A stretch of DNA of 64,000 nt from Octopus vulgaris. Its lineage: Eukaryota. The stretch's first letter is position 1, and each line of letters begins with the position of its first letter. Positions 15,221 to 30,625 of the stretch are shown here, piece by piece. The translations under genes and the position numbers were made by a program. The notes below the pieces were generated by a model that saw nothing but the letters and a program-made list of their open reading frames with translations, did not search any database and was not told where the DNA came from. Location of the stretch: positions 138,632,001 through 138,696,000 of the forward strand of contig OX597817.1 of NCBI GenBank assembly GCA_951406725.2, read 5' to 3'.

Positions 15221-15591
15221 TTATTACCTCCGCCTTAGCCAAGGCGGAGGTATTGTTTTCAGTCGTATTTGTTTGTTTGTTTGTCCGTGAACAAGATGTC
15301 TCAAGAACCACCACTGGATGGATTCGGATGAAACTTTCAGGGATGTTTGGCCTTGTGTCAGGCACGTACTGATTAGATCTTGGGATCGATTCGGTACCGG
15401 ATAAGGATTCTAGATTATTTCTCCGTTTTTATTTTTTTACTTTTTGAGAAGAGTCGGGTCCATTTTTAATATTCTCGTTTGCGAGAGCAGTTCAGTTTAT
15501 TTCAGATATTCTTATTTTAAAAAATCATCTCTGGTTAATCGTTGAGAGAAAATTGGTGTTGCCTTGGCGAAAGTTTGCGCTCTGTGAATGC
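15221..15591 (+). mobile_element. Helentron-associated non-autonomous element (HINE/DINE-1-like)
   Basis: TTATTACCTCCGCC..CCAAGG 5' subterminal IR, (GTTT)n, GGATTCGGATGAAACTTT core, 3' CCTTGGCGAAAGT followed by the stem-loop GCGCTC-TGT-GAATGC. Confidence 0.65.
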
Positions 15592-18412
<2,821 letters not shown>

Positions 18413-18413
18413 C

Positions 18414-18500
<87 letters not shown>

Positions 18501-19028
18501 CATTATTATTATTATCATTATTATTATCATTATTATTATTAATATTATCATTATTAGTAATATTATCATTATTATTATTATCATCATCATTATTACTATT
18601 ATTATCATCATCATTATTATTATTATCATCATCATTATTATTATCATCATCATCATTATTATTATCATTATTACTATTATCATCATTATTATTATTATCA
18701 TCATTATTATTATTATCATCATTATTATCATTATTATTATCATTATTATCATTATCATTATTATCATTATTATTATCATTATTATTATTATTATTATCAT
18801 TATTATTATTATTTTTAATATTTATTTCCGCGTAATTTTTCTGCTTCATAAGTTTTTGATTCGTTCTAATTGCATTATGCAATGTCTTTCGCTCCTCTCC
18901 CACCCCAGCCACAACCCTTTGTCATTTCTTCACTCCCCCACCACATATCTTTGTAAGCACCCACCCCTGTTTAACGTCCCTTTCTATGTTTTATCTTCTA
19001 CTACCCTTGTGGCTAATACAAAGCAAAA

Positions 19029-19089
<61 letters not shown>

Positions 19090-19467
19090 ATACTACTATT
19101 ATTGTTTCGTGGTATATCACTTTAGAATGGAACGCAAATCTTAACTAGTAAGTGAATTAGAAACATTTAAGTAAGCACGCATCCATCCATCGCGGCCGCT
19201 GCCGCCTCCGTCACCACCACTGCCATGGTCGCTTCCACCACCACCACCACCACCAATGAATAAAAAGATAGTTGTTCTGCTTGAAAGCATGGGAACATTA
19301 AGCGATAAACTTCATTTACCTGGAAAACCCAGACTAAATACTGGCTGGCGATAGGTTTGCTGTTTTTGTTGCTGTTGTTCTTGTTGACGTTGCTGCTGCT
19401 GCTGTTGCTGCTGCTGTTGTTGTTCTTGTTGGAGGTTTTGTTGTTCATGCGGAATGTAGAAGACATA

Positions 19468-19681
19468 CTCTTTTACTTGTTTCAGTCATTTGACTGCGGC
19501 CATGCTGGAGCACCGCCTTTAATCGAGCAACTCGACCCCGGGACTTATTTTTTTGTAAGCCCAGTATTTATTCTATCGGTCTCTTTTGCCGAACCGCTAA
19601 GTAACGGGGGACATAAACATACCAGCATCGGTTGTCAAACAATGCTAGGAGGACAAACACAGACACACAAACACACACACA

Positions 19682-19741
<60 letters not shown>

Positions 19742-19903
19742 TACGACGGACTTCTTTCAGTTTCCGTCTACCAAATCCACTCACAAGGATTTGGTCGGCC
19801 CGAGGCTATAGTAGAAGACACTTGACCAAGGTGCTACGCAGTGGGACTGAACCCAGAACCATGTGGTTGGTAAACAAGCTACTTACCACACAGCCCCTCC
19901 TGC
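19468..19903 (-). mobile_element. SINE family A
   Basis: Reverse complement of the family A head, body and tail. Confidence 0.85.
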
Positions 19904-20419
19904 ATGTAAGGAGATTTATCTAAGAAGAAAATTGACAGTGAATTTATTGCACAGATCCATAAGAATGGCTATGTCCTTTAGAAGTTTCCGAGTTCGATAC
20001 CAATACGTGGCACCTTAGACAAGTGTCTTCCAGACTGAATGAATTGTCCCCTACTGTTGTGATACGAACTCTAGATTTTATTGCCGTTGTTGTAGTCCAA
20101 ATACGTCATTTATGTTGTTAAATTTATAGTATTTTTTATGTCACCATTTTAACGCCGCTTCTTTTAATGTTTACATAAATGGATGCACATGTGAAGACCA
20201 ACACTGTATCCAGTTAACAACTGCATCACTTCTATTCGTTTAATTATAATCGCGTATTCAACCAATGCTGAGTTTATTCAGCGTCCAATTAGATGTGTCT
20301 AATTAAATATGTCTAATTGACTGATTGAGAAAGACGAAACGTTTTAATTACAAATGAAATTCCAAAATACGTTAAAGAAACGAAATGTCCCAGGCCAATA
20401 TTCTGCAAGACTCCGTAGG

Positions 20420-20720
20420 GTAGAAAAACCCCTAGATTGCACCTAGAAAGTTCCCCTTCCGAAGCACAATTCCGGGCAAAGTTGTTTACGGGAGACTAGT
20501 AGTCTCCCATGCATACCGGCCTCTCTTCTCCACGACACTGATGTTATCCAAGGGAAAGGCAAAGGGACCAGTGACGTCACAAGTCATTTCTACAGCTGCG
20601 TGAACTGGAGCAACGTAAAATACAGTGTCTTATTCAAGAACACAATACACTGCCAAGTCTGGGAATCGAACTCTACCTCATGATTGTGAGCCCGACACTT
20701 TAACCACTGAGCCATGCACC
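20420..20720 (-). mobile_element. tRNA-derived SINE family C
   Basis: Reverse complement of 28081-28400. Confidence 0.8.
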
Positions 20721-21193
20721 ATCACAACGCAAGATTCCACAGAGATGAAGAAAATCAGGGTTAATACCCACAATGATGGCAACGTTTTGGGATATAAACA
20801 GCAAGAAATGGCTGGTTTTAACTGCACAGAATCCTTGCCTAGACTTACATAGGAACAAATTAAAGTAAGAATTGACAATATCATCAGTGGCCAGTCCTTG
20901 CAAATCCATCAGTTTTCACAATCACGATCGAGTTAGCTGCTCTGCCGCTCCTTCGGTGTGCAAATGGACAGGAAGTATTATAAATAAATAAATAACACGG
21001 CGCTTATCTACCTACTGGCCACAATAATCTGAGATCAGCCAGTCAAGACAAAGAGGTGAAGGAGAACCATCCAACTATAAAATTCAAGGACAGGAACGAA
21101 AATCTCTGTACTCTTCCAGGCATCTGGATGCCTTCTCACCAAATTATTGATTGGAAGGCTGTGGAAGAATTTGCCCCTAAAACGTAGATCTTA

Positions 21194-21228
<35 letters not shown>

Positions 21229-21467
21229 TGGAAATGGATGCGTGGTGTTCAGTTAAATAATATAAATATGTGTATATATATATGTGTATATATATACATA
21301 CATACAAATTAAGAGGAATGACCACCAAAGTGGATTCCTAATATGCTAAAGATAGACGTCAAATTGTCTTACCACGAAGAGTGTATTCTCAAGAAAAATT
21401 TAATCAAAACGCCAGAATGTTAAAATGAGCAAGACAAATGAAAATATGCGAAATAAAAAACGATTAC

Positions 21468-21533
21468 CTACGTACCATTGGTTTCGTTTGTTAATATTTA
21501 CGAATGTAAATATCTGCAAACTCATCGGCGTAG
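21468..21533 (-). ncRNA. Type I hammerhead motif with CCGATGA (U4C) core
   Basis: Minus strand: CTACG-CCGATGA-GTTTG..GATATTTAC attc GTAAATATT..CAAAC-GAAA-CCAATGG-TA-CGTAG; stems I, II and III all pair; GUA triplet. Confidence 0.75.
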
Positions 21534-21739
21534 TCTGTCGCTTAAAACTAGACGCTGTCCAGAACAAGACACAGAACGCTCACCCGAAAGAGAGCATATA
21601 TAAAGTTCGGCAAATTATATTGGGAAGTATCTTTCAAATGTATTCATTTTGGCGCGCTGCGGCCGGAAATAACTCTGCAGTTAATAAATTTCTGCAGTCT
21701 GCGCTTCATACACCTCACTCCATCCAGCAACGAATTTTG

Positions 21740-22865
21740 GACTCATGCCCAGCCGAACTCTCGGCCCTTCGATTCTCCGACGCATCACGTACATCATCAT
21801 AAAACCGGCCGACAAGGGTGGAGCTGTAAAGTGTGGTGCGCGGACCTCTACGAGGCGGAAGCTCTCCACAAACTTCAAGACACCTCCTTCTATTGCCCTC
21901 TGCCCTCTAACCCCACGCCCAGCTACCAACAGACTGTGTCCGCCATTATCTATGACCTCATATCCTCCCGTCTCCCCCACCACCCTAGCCTCCTTTTCCA
22001 CACCCCTCGCACTCCCACAATTTACTTCCTCCCCAAAATCCACAAACCTAACAACCCTGGCCGCCCCATCGTCTCCGCCTGCAACTGCCCCACCGAACTC
22101 ATTTCTAGATATCTTGACCGTGTCCTTGCCCTCCTAGTGGCTTCCCTCCTCTCACATTCATGACACCAACCATGCTCTTCGTTTGTTCAACTCTTTCTCC
22201 TTCCCTCCTGGCCCCTCTAAACTTCTCTTCACTCTTGACATCCACAGTCTATACATGATGATCCCTCACCACGAGGGGCTGCGTACACTCCAACATTTCC
22301 TTGACCTTCGACCCAACCTCCAGCTTGACACATCCGCACTCCTTCGTCTGGCCGAACTCGTCCTCTCACTTAGCTGCTTCTTGTTCGCGGGTGATTATTA
22401 CCACCAGGTCTCGGGAGTGGCCATCGGAACGAGAATGGGCCCCAACTATGCGAACCTGTTCGTTGGCTACGTTGGGGGTACAAATATTCTCAAGTTTCAC
22501 TGGTCCCACTCCTGAACTATACGGTCGTTATATTGACGACTGTATCAGTGCAACCTCACTCTACCGCGAACATCTAGACTCTTTCCTCTCTTTTGTCAAA
22601 TCTTTCATCTCGCCCTCCACTTCTCCTGCACTATTTCCGACACCTCAGTCACCTTTTTCGACATTTCGGTCAGTATTCATCACTCCACTCTCACTATCTC
22701 CATCCACTACAAACACACACTCACACATATACCTCAACTTCTCCCCCCACCCTAACCACACCAAGCTCTCCTATTTCCAATTCCTCCGTCTACGCAGGCT
22801 CTGCAGTTTCAACCATGCCTTTGAGACTCAGTCTCAACTTATGGCTCGCCACTTCCACCACACCA
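21740..22865 (+). pseudogene. Penelope-like (Neptune-type) reverse transcriptase, frameshifted
   Basis: IIIKPADKGGAV, YFLPKIHKPNNPGRPIVS, LFTLDIHSLY, GVAIGTRMGPNYANLF and RYIDD motifs spread over ORFs 21745/21831/22183/22301. Confidence 0.92.
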
Positions 22866-22914
22866 AAACGCACAGGTATGAAAGTATATAAAGAAATAAT
22901 ATCAGATTATTTTA

Positions 22915-22976
<62 letters not shown>

Positions 22977-23468
22977 TTAAGTTTTTGAAATATGAAATAA
23001 AAACCTAATCCAATTTTACATCCGATTTGGTTCATATATTCTAATTGATGTAACTTATTAAACTTTGCGTACATATGTATACATGCGTATATGCGTATTT
23101 GTGTATGTATTTACGTCTTACATATATGTCTGTATATGTATGCTGTCTGTGTGCATCCATCTGTGTATTTTGATGGTTTAGTATGCGTATATACTGTTGT
23201 AAAATATTTATGTAATGCAGCGTGAAAGTTATAATGTATTAATTGAATTATGTTTCGTATATAATTATTTATAATATTTATTTTGAAGCCGCTCTTCGAT
23301 TTAAGGTTTTCCTCGATTTTTATAATAGGATGAATTTATATTGAATTCATTTATTTTGTTTATTTTGTTCATTGCTTGCATAAGACCGTTAATTGAAAGG
23401 ACCAATGAAACAAATCCATTTTTAAAGGTGTATCCTTTAACTAGTTTTGATCATATAATATAACAAAA

Positions 23469-23506
23469 CTGTCCGACGAACGGGAACGTGAAACTCTGAG
23501 TAACAG
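23469..23506 (+). ncRNA. Compact type I hammerhead motif with CCGACGA (U4C) core
   Basis: CTGT-CCGACGA-ACG ggaa CGT-GAAA-CTCTGAG-TA-ACAG; stem I extends as ATAACAAAA/TTTTGTTAT (23460-23516). Confidence 0.75.
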
Positions 23507-23541
23507 CTTTTGTTATTTCTGCTGCTTTTATATAAAGTATA

Positions 23542-23623
<82 letters not shown>

Positions 23624-23710
23624 CACGTATAGATGTATGTACATATACACCACACACCACGATTTTATGGCGTTGGTATACGAGAGTCGTTTGCTACAGT
23701 CGCTGAAACT

Positions 23711-23752
23711 ACCAAATCATGTGATTTCGACGTACTTCATCTCTTCAGTGAC
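23711..23752 (-). ncRNA. Type I hammerhead motif, canonical CUGAAGA core
   Basis: Minus strand: GTCA-CTGAAGA-GATG aagta CGTC-GAAA-TCACATGA-TT-TGGT; stem I has 2 G-U pairs; AUU triplet. Confidence 0.6.
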
Positions 23753-26409
23753 GGCCGTCCGTAATCCGCTTACTAACTAAATCTCATTGCCAACGTTGTA
23801 TTGTTGCCGCAAATAATCAGAAAAGGCGGAGTACGCCCAAACCACGTAAACTGGTTGTTTCAGTGTCCGTAACAGGCGATTTTCAATACAATAAATATAA
23901 GTGCTTTTATGCACCATGCGTCCATATGAGAGGTCCTCGCAAGGCAAATAACGCAGCATTCGGTGTTCTAACAAAATATTCACGCTAAGTCGGATATAAA
24001 GCTTACCCTTTTGGTATCAGTATTTGTCACAAATAATAATTTTTTACAAGAATTATAATTTCTTGTATCGACGCATTCTGTGGAGTGGAGAGGGAACAGT
24101 TGATTATAGAGACCCAAGTACTTGACTGCTATTTTACTTTGACACCAGAAGAATAAAAGATAAAGAAGACCTCGGTGGGATTTAATATTAGAACACGGAG
24201 TAAATACCGAATGTCATTTTGTTCGAATCTCTTATGATTCTGCTAATCCAAAACAACCTTTAGAAAAAAAAAAGGGAAAACGATTAGTGGATGGGCGGGG
24301 TCAGTTTATGGCTGGTACTTAGAGAAACAGATATTCAATAAACGTATTGAGTAGAACAGCAAGAATTTAGCCGACAACTGATTGGAATATAATCGACTTC
24401 ATTGAAACATCTGGCATTCACTGATGTAATTTATCGTATTTTCTTATTTGAAAGAGATTTGCTGAGTTGGTACAAGAGAAATTAATCAGATAGAATCAAT
24501 CTTAAGTTTCTGTTTGCAACTTGATTCACCTGACATCACCTGGAAACCAAAAGTAGAGACAGTGCTTTGCAACAAATACAGCCAACCCCACACCTCGGAC
24601 ATTTTCTACTGCTTTCTACCCAAACTGGTTTAATGTGATGTCTCTATCACATTAAATAATACCCGACCTCTTCAGTCAAACACTTGGTTGTGATGGCTTC
24701 TAAACGACGGACTGCTGCATTCGGTTGTGGTTAGAACGAGGGACGAGGATCCCGTGACAAAGTTGATGGACACGATTAGAAATCTACTAATGATATGAAG
24801 CTTTGAAAACATAATTAAGGTCATGGCGATGATTTTATTCGGGATTTTGTTATAAGATATTGAGGAAATTTTTTAAGACGATTAGGGACTCGATAAAGGA
24901 TCCTTAGGGATTCTTGTAAAACGTAATTCTCGGCTATAATCAGTGTAACAAAGAATGTAACAATGCCGGATCTTTGAATTATCGATGGGCTTCTGCACAG
25001 TTTCCATCAAGCCAATTTCAGTCCTCGCACATTTTGAGTTGACCCAAGGGTTTCAGGGAAGACATGTGATCAAGTTGATGCGTTGTGGAATCAAACCTAA
25101 TGTCTTAAGGTTTGTAAACTTCTTAACCATCCGGCTATGTATGCCTTCACTCAACAACCACTATACACAGACATACACACATCTATATCCTTACATATAC
25201 ACACACATACACATACAGGAGCCAATGTGCATGCCATAATGTAGTCGATCGACCTGCTAGAAAAAGAAGCCAAAGCTCTCCAAAATCCCACTCTGCTATC
25301 TTAAATAAGGAAAGGACTCATTAGATAATGTACTCTTCCCCCATGGCATTAAAACGACTGGATGGCTGGAGGTGGGCAGAACTTTGATCATTGCTTGACC
25401 TCGGGTTAAACAGCAGCAGCAGCAGCAACAATACATATGTTGATATCTGTTGTATATGTAAGTGTGTGTGTGTGTCATCCAGCTGTTTCAGTGTCTCTCC
25501 TTACTGTGAAACTGTCTGATGAAATGACGAGAGAGAGAGGGCGGTTGGAGAGAGAAGTATGTTGCTCTTCTTTAAACCTTGCAACTTTTTTCTCAGTTGG
25601 ACACGGTATGTGAATAATCTGACGATGTTTATTAAAGCGTGAAACAGTCAGACATAAGAGGAAGAGAAAACAGGAGGAGGAGGAGGTGAAAAAAGGCCAC
25701 ATTACTTTGCTTTTCATCGGCAATGAGTTGAGTTAATCAAGACGCTCTTCGTAACCCATAACAACGCCGTTCTTACAGCCGAATGACTGGCCGGCTACAT
25801 TGACTAATGAATAAATAAACACCTAGTAGCTGGCGACGACTAAACATGGGCATCACACGCACACACACACACACACACATATACAGCACTTAACTACATA
25901 TACACACATAACTACAAAATCGTACGTATATATTTAAAGAAATATATAGACATACAGAAGTGTATACATACAGAAATGTAGACAGCAAGGCGTGTGTATA
26001 CATGCATGTATGTATGTGAATTGGTGTGCGTGAGTGTACGCAGGAGCGTAGCCAAATCTGGGCGTTCCTGGAATTTCTCTTACCCACGGAAACCAATAAA
26101 ATACGCATCAAGCATATTTAAGAAGATACGTTATCCAGAAAAAATAAAATCCTTGAAAAATAAACCACCATATTTACGTCTTCCTAGATTTTTTTATCTT
26201 GTCCGTTAGTGAAATTTTCTTATGATATTTCTAAGATCTTTTTTGATACCTCTGGTCCATAGAACAATAATTGCTACTTGAAACTCACCTGGTAATTATT
26301 GTTCTACAGCGTAGAGGTATCAAACATACAACCCGAAGCAATGTTTCGTCCAGTCCTGGCTCATTTTTATATTAAATAAATTATTTTGATTTTAAAATAT
26401 ATAAATTAT

Positions 26410-26841
26410 GGATCTTTTCGGTTTGAACGGCAGTTTTTTCTAGCGGTGTCATATGAAATTGTCAACCATAATTATGACCCTAGTACCGATCTATTGCATT
26501 TCAATCTGTTTTAGGGTTAGAGTTAGCATTAGTTAGGGTTAGGGGTGGGAGGAAGGGTATCTTTTTTTCTTCAGAAATGTAAATAAACCCAATCTGTTTC
26601 TTAAACGAGGGACATATTCATGCGGCACAGAATGTTTTCACCTCAATAGACGTCATTGATTGGTTGAAATTGCAGAAATTGAAGAAAAACAACAACAAAT
26701 ATCTTACAAACAATAGAATGTTCTCAATAAAGCCAAGAGAAAAAGATGTTTTATGAACACATTCTACCAGTATACGAAGTTTAAAAGTTTTAGTTACGTG
26801 GAAATTATTAAAAAAAACTGCCGGTCAAACCAAAAAGATAC
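26410..26841. mobile_element. TTAGGG-containing MITE, older copy
   Basis: Same TIRs and body as 9693-10117; degenerate 8-bp TSD TAAATTAT/TAATTTTT. Confidence 0.88.
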
Positions 26842-26939
26842 TAATTTTTATAAAACTAACGGGTTTAGAATAGTGCCCGGTCAGAGATTCGATTACGACC
26901 AATTACTATTATTCAAATCATTGCACTTTTAGGTATCCT

Positions 26940-27210
26940 TTGTTATCTCAGTCGATAAGAAAAGAATTTATGAAAAGCTTTTACAATGTCATCCATTTCC
27001 TCCTTTCGCCGAGCAGAATGGAAGTTGTTTTTCTTTTATGGCTGCCACAGCTATCAAAAGACACGACTTTTCAACATGATTTTTCACGAGGACATCTGGT
27101 CAGTTCACCTGAATTTCCCGATCAGGTTGAACGCTGAAATTCCAAAGGATGGTAACTTCAGTATTCTACTCAATTTGTGGTTCACCAATTCTCTTTCACA
27201 GCCAATACTA
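26940..27210 (-). pseudogene. Decayed RLE-domain fragment (R4/Dong-like)
   Basis: Minus translation VENTEVTILWNFSVQPDREIQVN*PDVLVKNHVEKSCLLI parallels the 18150-18290 region. Confidence 0.6.
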
Positions 27211-28080
27211 GCCCAATATACGTTTAATATTTATAAAATAATTAATATCGAAATATTATATAAATATAAACGTATATTTATAGATAAATATTAAATGCTT
27301 TGTAAATATTAAACGTATACATAAAAACGTATTTACAGAACTTTAGGGGTTAGGGATATTTCCCTTTCTTATGAAACAACTGTATCAATACCAATGTTAT
27401 TATGAGCGGCAGAGCCTTGGATTGCACTTACTGTCCGGGTCGTTGGATAAAAACTAATTTTGTATTTGCTGTTTTTTTTTCACACTCTATTTTCAAATCC
27501 CGCCGACACCAAAGTTTTTATTTTTCAATGAAATACCAGTTATTTATTAAGGCCCGTTTAATCGATTAACCATATCTACCAAGCCATTAGATTTGAACCT
27601 GAATTAGAAATTGCTTTTAATTAGACACAAAGAAATGGCTTAAATATGGTTTGATGCTCAATAAGTCTGTTTAGAAGGCAACACATTTTTACAACTTTCT
27701 TGTATTCCGTTACAGAGACTTAATATCTCTGTATCGGATCTCTGCAACAGAATGCAATAAGATGTTCCCCGGATGATCCATTGCGATTAGGTATCCAAAT
27801 GCACTTGGAACATCTAGTGATGCATTCCAAATAAGTGCCATGGTGAAACGTATGCAGGAACTAAATAGTCATACCGCGGTTTATTCTAATTTTCCACGAC
27901 ATATGCTCTCAATATCATATCAAATAACATTGCTAAGTACCGTGGTCGACTAATGATCATAGTGGAAGCTGACTGGAGAATGATAATCTACGTGGAGCTC
28001 TAACTCGTACAGTGGGAGTCGTACATCTAACGGTACACACGACATAAATATGTATGTATGTATATTTATATATCTATGTG

Positions 28081-28405
28081 AAGGTGCATGGCTCAGTGGT
28101 TAGAGCATAGGGCTCACAATCATGAGGTAGTGAGTTCGATTCTCAGACTGGGTTGTGTGTTGTGTTCTTGAGCAAGACGCTATATTTCACGTTGCTCCGG
28201 TTCACTCAGCTGTAGAAATGAGCTGTGATGTCACTGGTGCCAAGTTGTATCGGCCTTTGCCTTTCCCTTGGATAACATTAGTGGTGTAGAGGCTGGTATG
28301 CAAGAGCGACTGTTGGTCTTCCATAAACAACCTTGCTCAGAATTATGCCTCGGAGGGGAATTGTCTAGGTTCAATCCCAAGGCCATTCAAGACCGAATGG
28401 AGGTC
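28081..28405 (+). mobile_element. tRNA-derived SINE family C
   Basis: A box TGGCTCAGTGG, B box GAGTTCGATTC, central TGTGTTCTTGAGCAAGAC...CAGCTGTAGAAATGAG domain; second copy at 20420-20720. Confidence 0.8.
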
Positions 28406-28424
28406 TTCTATAAATGTACATATG

Positions 28425-28840
28425 TCGTTTACCTTTCACTTATTTCAGCCATTGTCCTGCGGCCATGATGGTGCACCACCTTGAAAGATTTACTTGAACA
28501 AATCGACCCCAATAGTAGCCTAGTGCTTATTCTATAGGTCTCTCTTGCTGAACCTGTAGCTTACGGGGACGTAAATAAACCAGCACCGGTTGTCAAGTGG
28601 TGGTGGAGACACGCACAAAGAAGCAAATACATAAATACATACATATATGCATATATGTGTTTTGTGTGTGTGTGTGTGTGAGCGTACGTGTGTGTGTGTG
28701 AGCGTACGTGTGTGTGTATAAGTCTATGGGCTTCTTTCGGTTTTCGTTTACAAAATCCACTCATAAGGCCTTGGTTAGCCCGAGGCCATAGCAGAAACCA
28801 CTCGATCAAGGTACCACGCTGTGGGACTGAACCCGGAACA
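28425..28840 (-). mobile_element. SINE family A, diverged
   Basis: Reverse complement of the family A body and tail. Confidence 0.75.
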
Positions 28841-29182
28841 TATGTATTGTGTGTGTCCGGTTAAGTCCGCACGTTGAACACACACACAAAACACATACGT
28901 GTGTGTGTGTTTTGGCGTTTAATGTTGCTCAAGTAAGCACTTTTGTTATCACTTGAAGCATTTCATCTCAATACTCGTCCACCATTTCTTCTTCTTCTTC
29001 TTCCTCTCCCTCTTCTTCTATCCTGCTCCCTCTGCCCTCTCCTCTCTCCATTAATAATACCCTAATGAACAGCAAGTCTGTCGGTTATGCTTGAATAACA
29101 GAGTTCGGTTTAAACGAACAAGGCTTAATCCGACAAGAGGTCACTACAATGGATCAGTTCCCCACCGGAAGTCCGCATAAAT

Positions 29183-29225
<43 letters not shown>

Positions 29226-29608
29226 GTACACACAAACTAAATATATAATACACACACTTGATGGAATGAAGTTGTAGGTACAATTGGTCTCCAAGATAAA
29301 GATGTTTCAAAACCATATAATTAAAAAAATGTTGAACGTCCGGTGATGTTAGTTTTTAAAATAGTAAAGAGCTGATATGTATCTTTTACAAGAAACTAGT
29401 TTGCTACTTCAATATTTCAGTTTCGATTCCAATGAAAGCTGGTATCAGTTATGAACCAATTTAAGAAGCTTGCTTCCCAGCCACATGGTTCCTGGTTCAG
29501 TTCCACTGCGTGGCATCTTGAACGAATGTTTCCTAGTATAGCATTGGGTCGATCAAAGACTTGTGAGTGGATGTAGGAGACGGAAACTGAAAGCCCGTTG
29601 TGTGTGTG

Positions 29609-29644
<36 letters not shown>

Positions 29645-29795
29645 CGGTGCGAATGGTTTTGTTAAACGGTGTCGAGTATTACAATTCTATAAATAATAAT
29701 AATAATGGTATTTTTATAAGCTTAAAGCGATCACCGTGCAAATGACTAAGGAAATAGTCTAATAATGGGGCATGTAAGTCTTCGACAGAAAAAGT

Positions 29796-29872
29796 AGGCT
29801 TTCGCATGGTACTCGAACCCACGTCCCTTTGTTAACACGACTGTGTTACCGATTACACCAGCGAACCAGCCT
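29796..29872 (-). pseudogene. tRNA-like sequence (Asn/GTT-like), probably a pseudogene or element head
   Basis: Minus strand: TTCGC TGGTGTAATCGGTAACAC AGTCG TGTTAA CAAAGGGAC GTGGGTTCGAGTACCAT GCGAA followed by TTTTT; A and B boxes are intact, the anticodon stem is broken. Confidence 0.6.
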
Positions 29873-29969
29873 GCTCCTGTCTGTCAAATTTAAGAACTAT
29901 ATTAGTTCGTGATAGATCGCTAGCCATTATACCTTTTTCTATTTTCTCTCCCCGTTTATTTCTGGGTTC

Positions 29970-30110
29970 CTTTCTATCTAAGAGCGTAGGTTCGAAACGT
30001 GAAAGACTTTCTCACTTCCCGAGCGTTAAACTAATACATCTGTTTATTGTTTACACACCTGTCTTCGTCTTTTGTTTTTTTTTCGTAAAGTCTCACTATA
30101 TATATATATA
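29970..30110 (+). repeat. Dispersed repeat with degenerate hammerhead-like motif (GAGC-GTAG-GYTC-GAAACGT); second copy at 62565-62750 (-)
   Basis: CTTT-CTATCTA-A-GAGC gtag GTTC-GAAA-CG-TG-AAAG; the downstream ~100 bp matches the reverse complement of 62565-62660. Confidence 0.65.
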
Positions 30111-30116
30111 GTGAGA

Positions 30117-30158
<42 letters not shown>

Positions 30159-30184
30159 GTCGTAATACTGTGTGTCCGATAATT

Positions 30185-30625
30185 TATATGGATTTTTCTT
30201 GACTGCTTCTTCCCCTCTGTCCGTGTTTAAGACTCTGATGACTAATTAGGCCGATTCTTGCATGGAAGTGTCTGTTGGAAAGTTCACAAGGGATCCGTGG
30301 TGGAGGCTTTGCTTGTTGCAGCCTCCATTTTCTTTCTTGTCGTTTCTCTTCTTCTTTTCTTTGTCGTTCAGCTTCAAAATGGTCTGTCACAGTAGAGATG
30401 GAATGATGCCAACCAAAATTTGACAAGGTGGCTTGGTCTCTTTCATTCTTGCTACATGACCCGCCCATCTCAGACTGTTTCATGATCGGGTCGACAGCAA
30501 CTAAATCGGTTCCCCTCTTGGTTCAGCTTGCCGGATCTTGGAGGAGGGTGTGAGGGCACCCATCAGAACTAAAAACAAGATCCGTTCAAACAAGGGTACA
30601 GGAGCGCTGTCCTTGTCCCTTGTTA
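30185..30625 (-). mobile_element. RTE-type LINE remnant (ORF C-terminus plus non-coding part)
   Basis: IPCELSNRHFHARIGLISHQ is the typical C-terminal C..C.R.F.ARIGL.SH motif. Confidence 0.6.

Noticed and set aside
24600-24680. Minus-strand CTGAAGA..hairpin..GAAA
   Set aside because: The inner 11-bp hairpin is real, but stems I and III do not pair
25610-25656. CTGACGA...GAAACAGTC hammerhead-like string
   Set aside because: Stem I cannot form and stem II is out of register
27660-27910. Faint RTE-type RT remnant; also possible hAT-like end at 57911-57980 and pogo-like end at 7170-7206
   Set aside because: Too degenerate or too short to support without a search
30538-30625. Start of the 398-aa ORF as the real N-terminus
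   Set aside because: Derives from the adjacent opposite-strand RTE remnant; Naiad similarity begins near 30625
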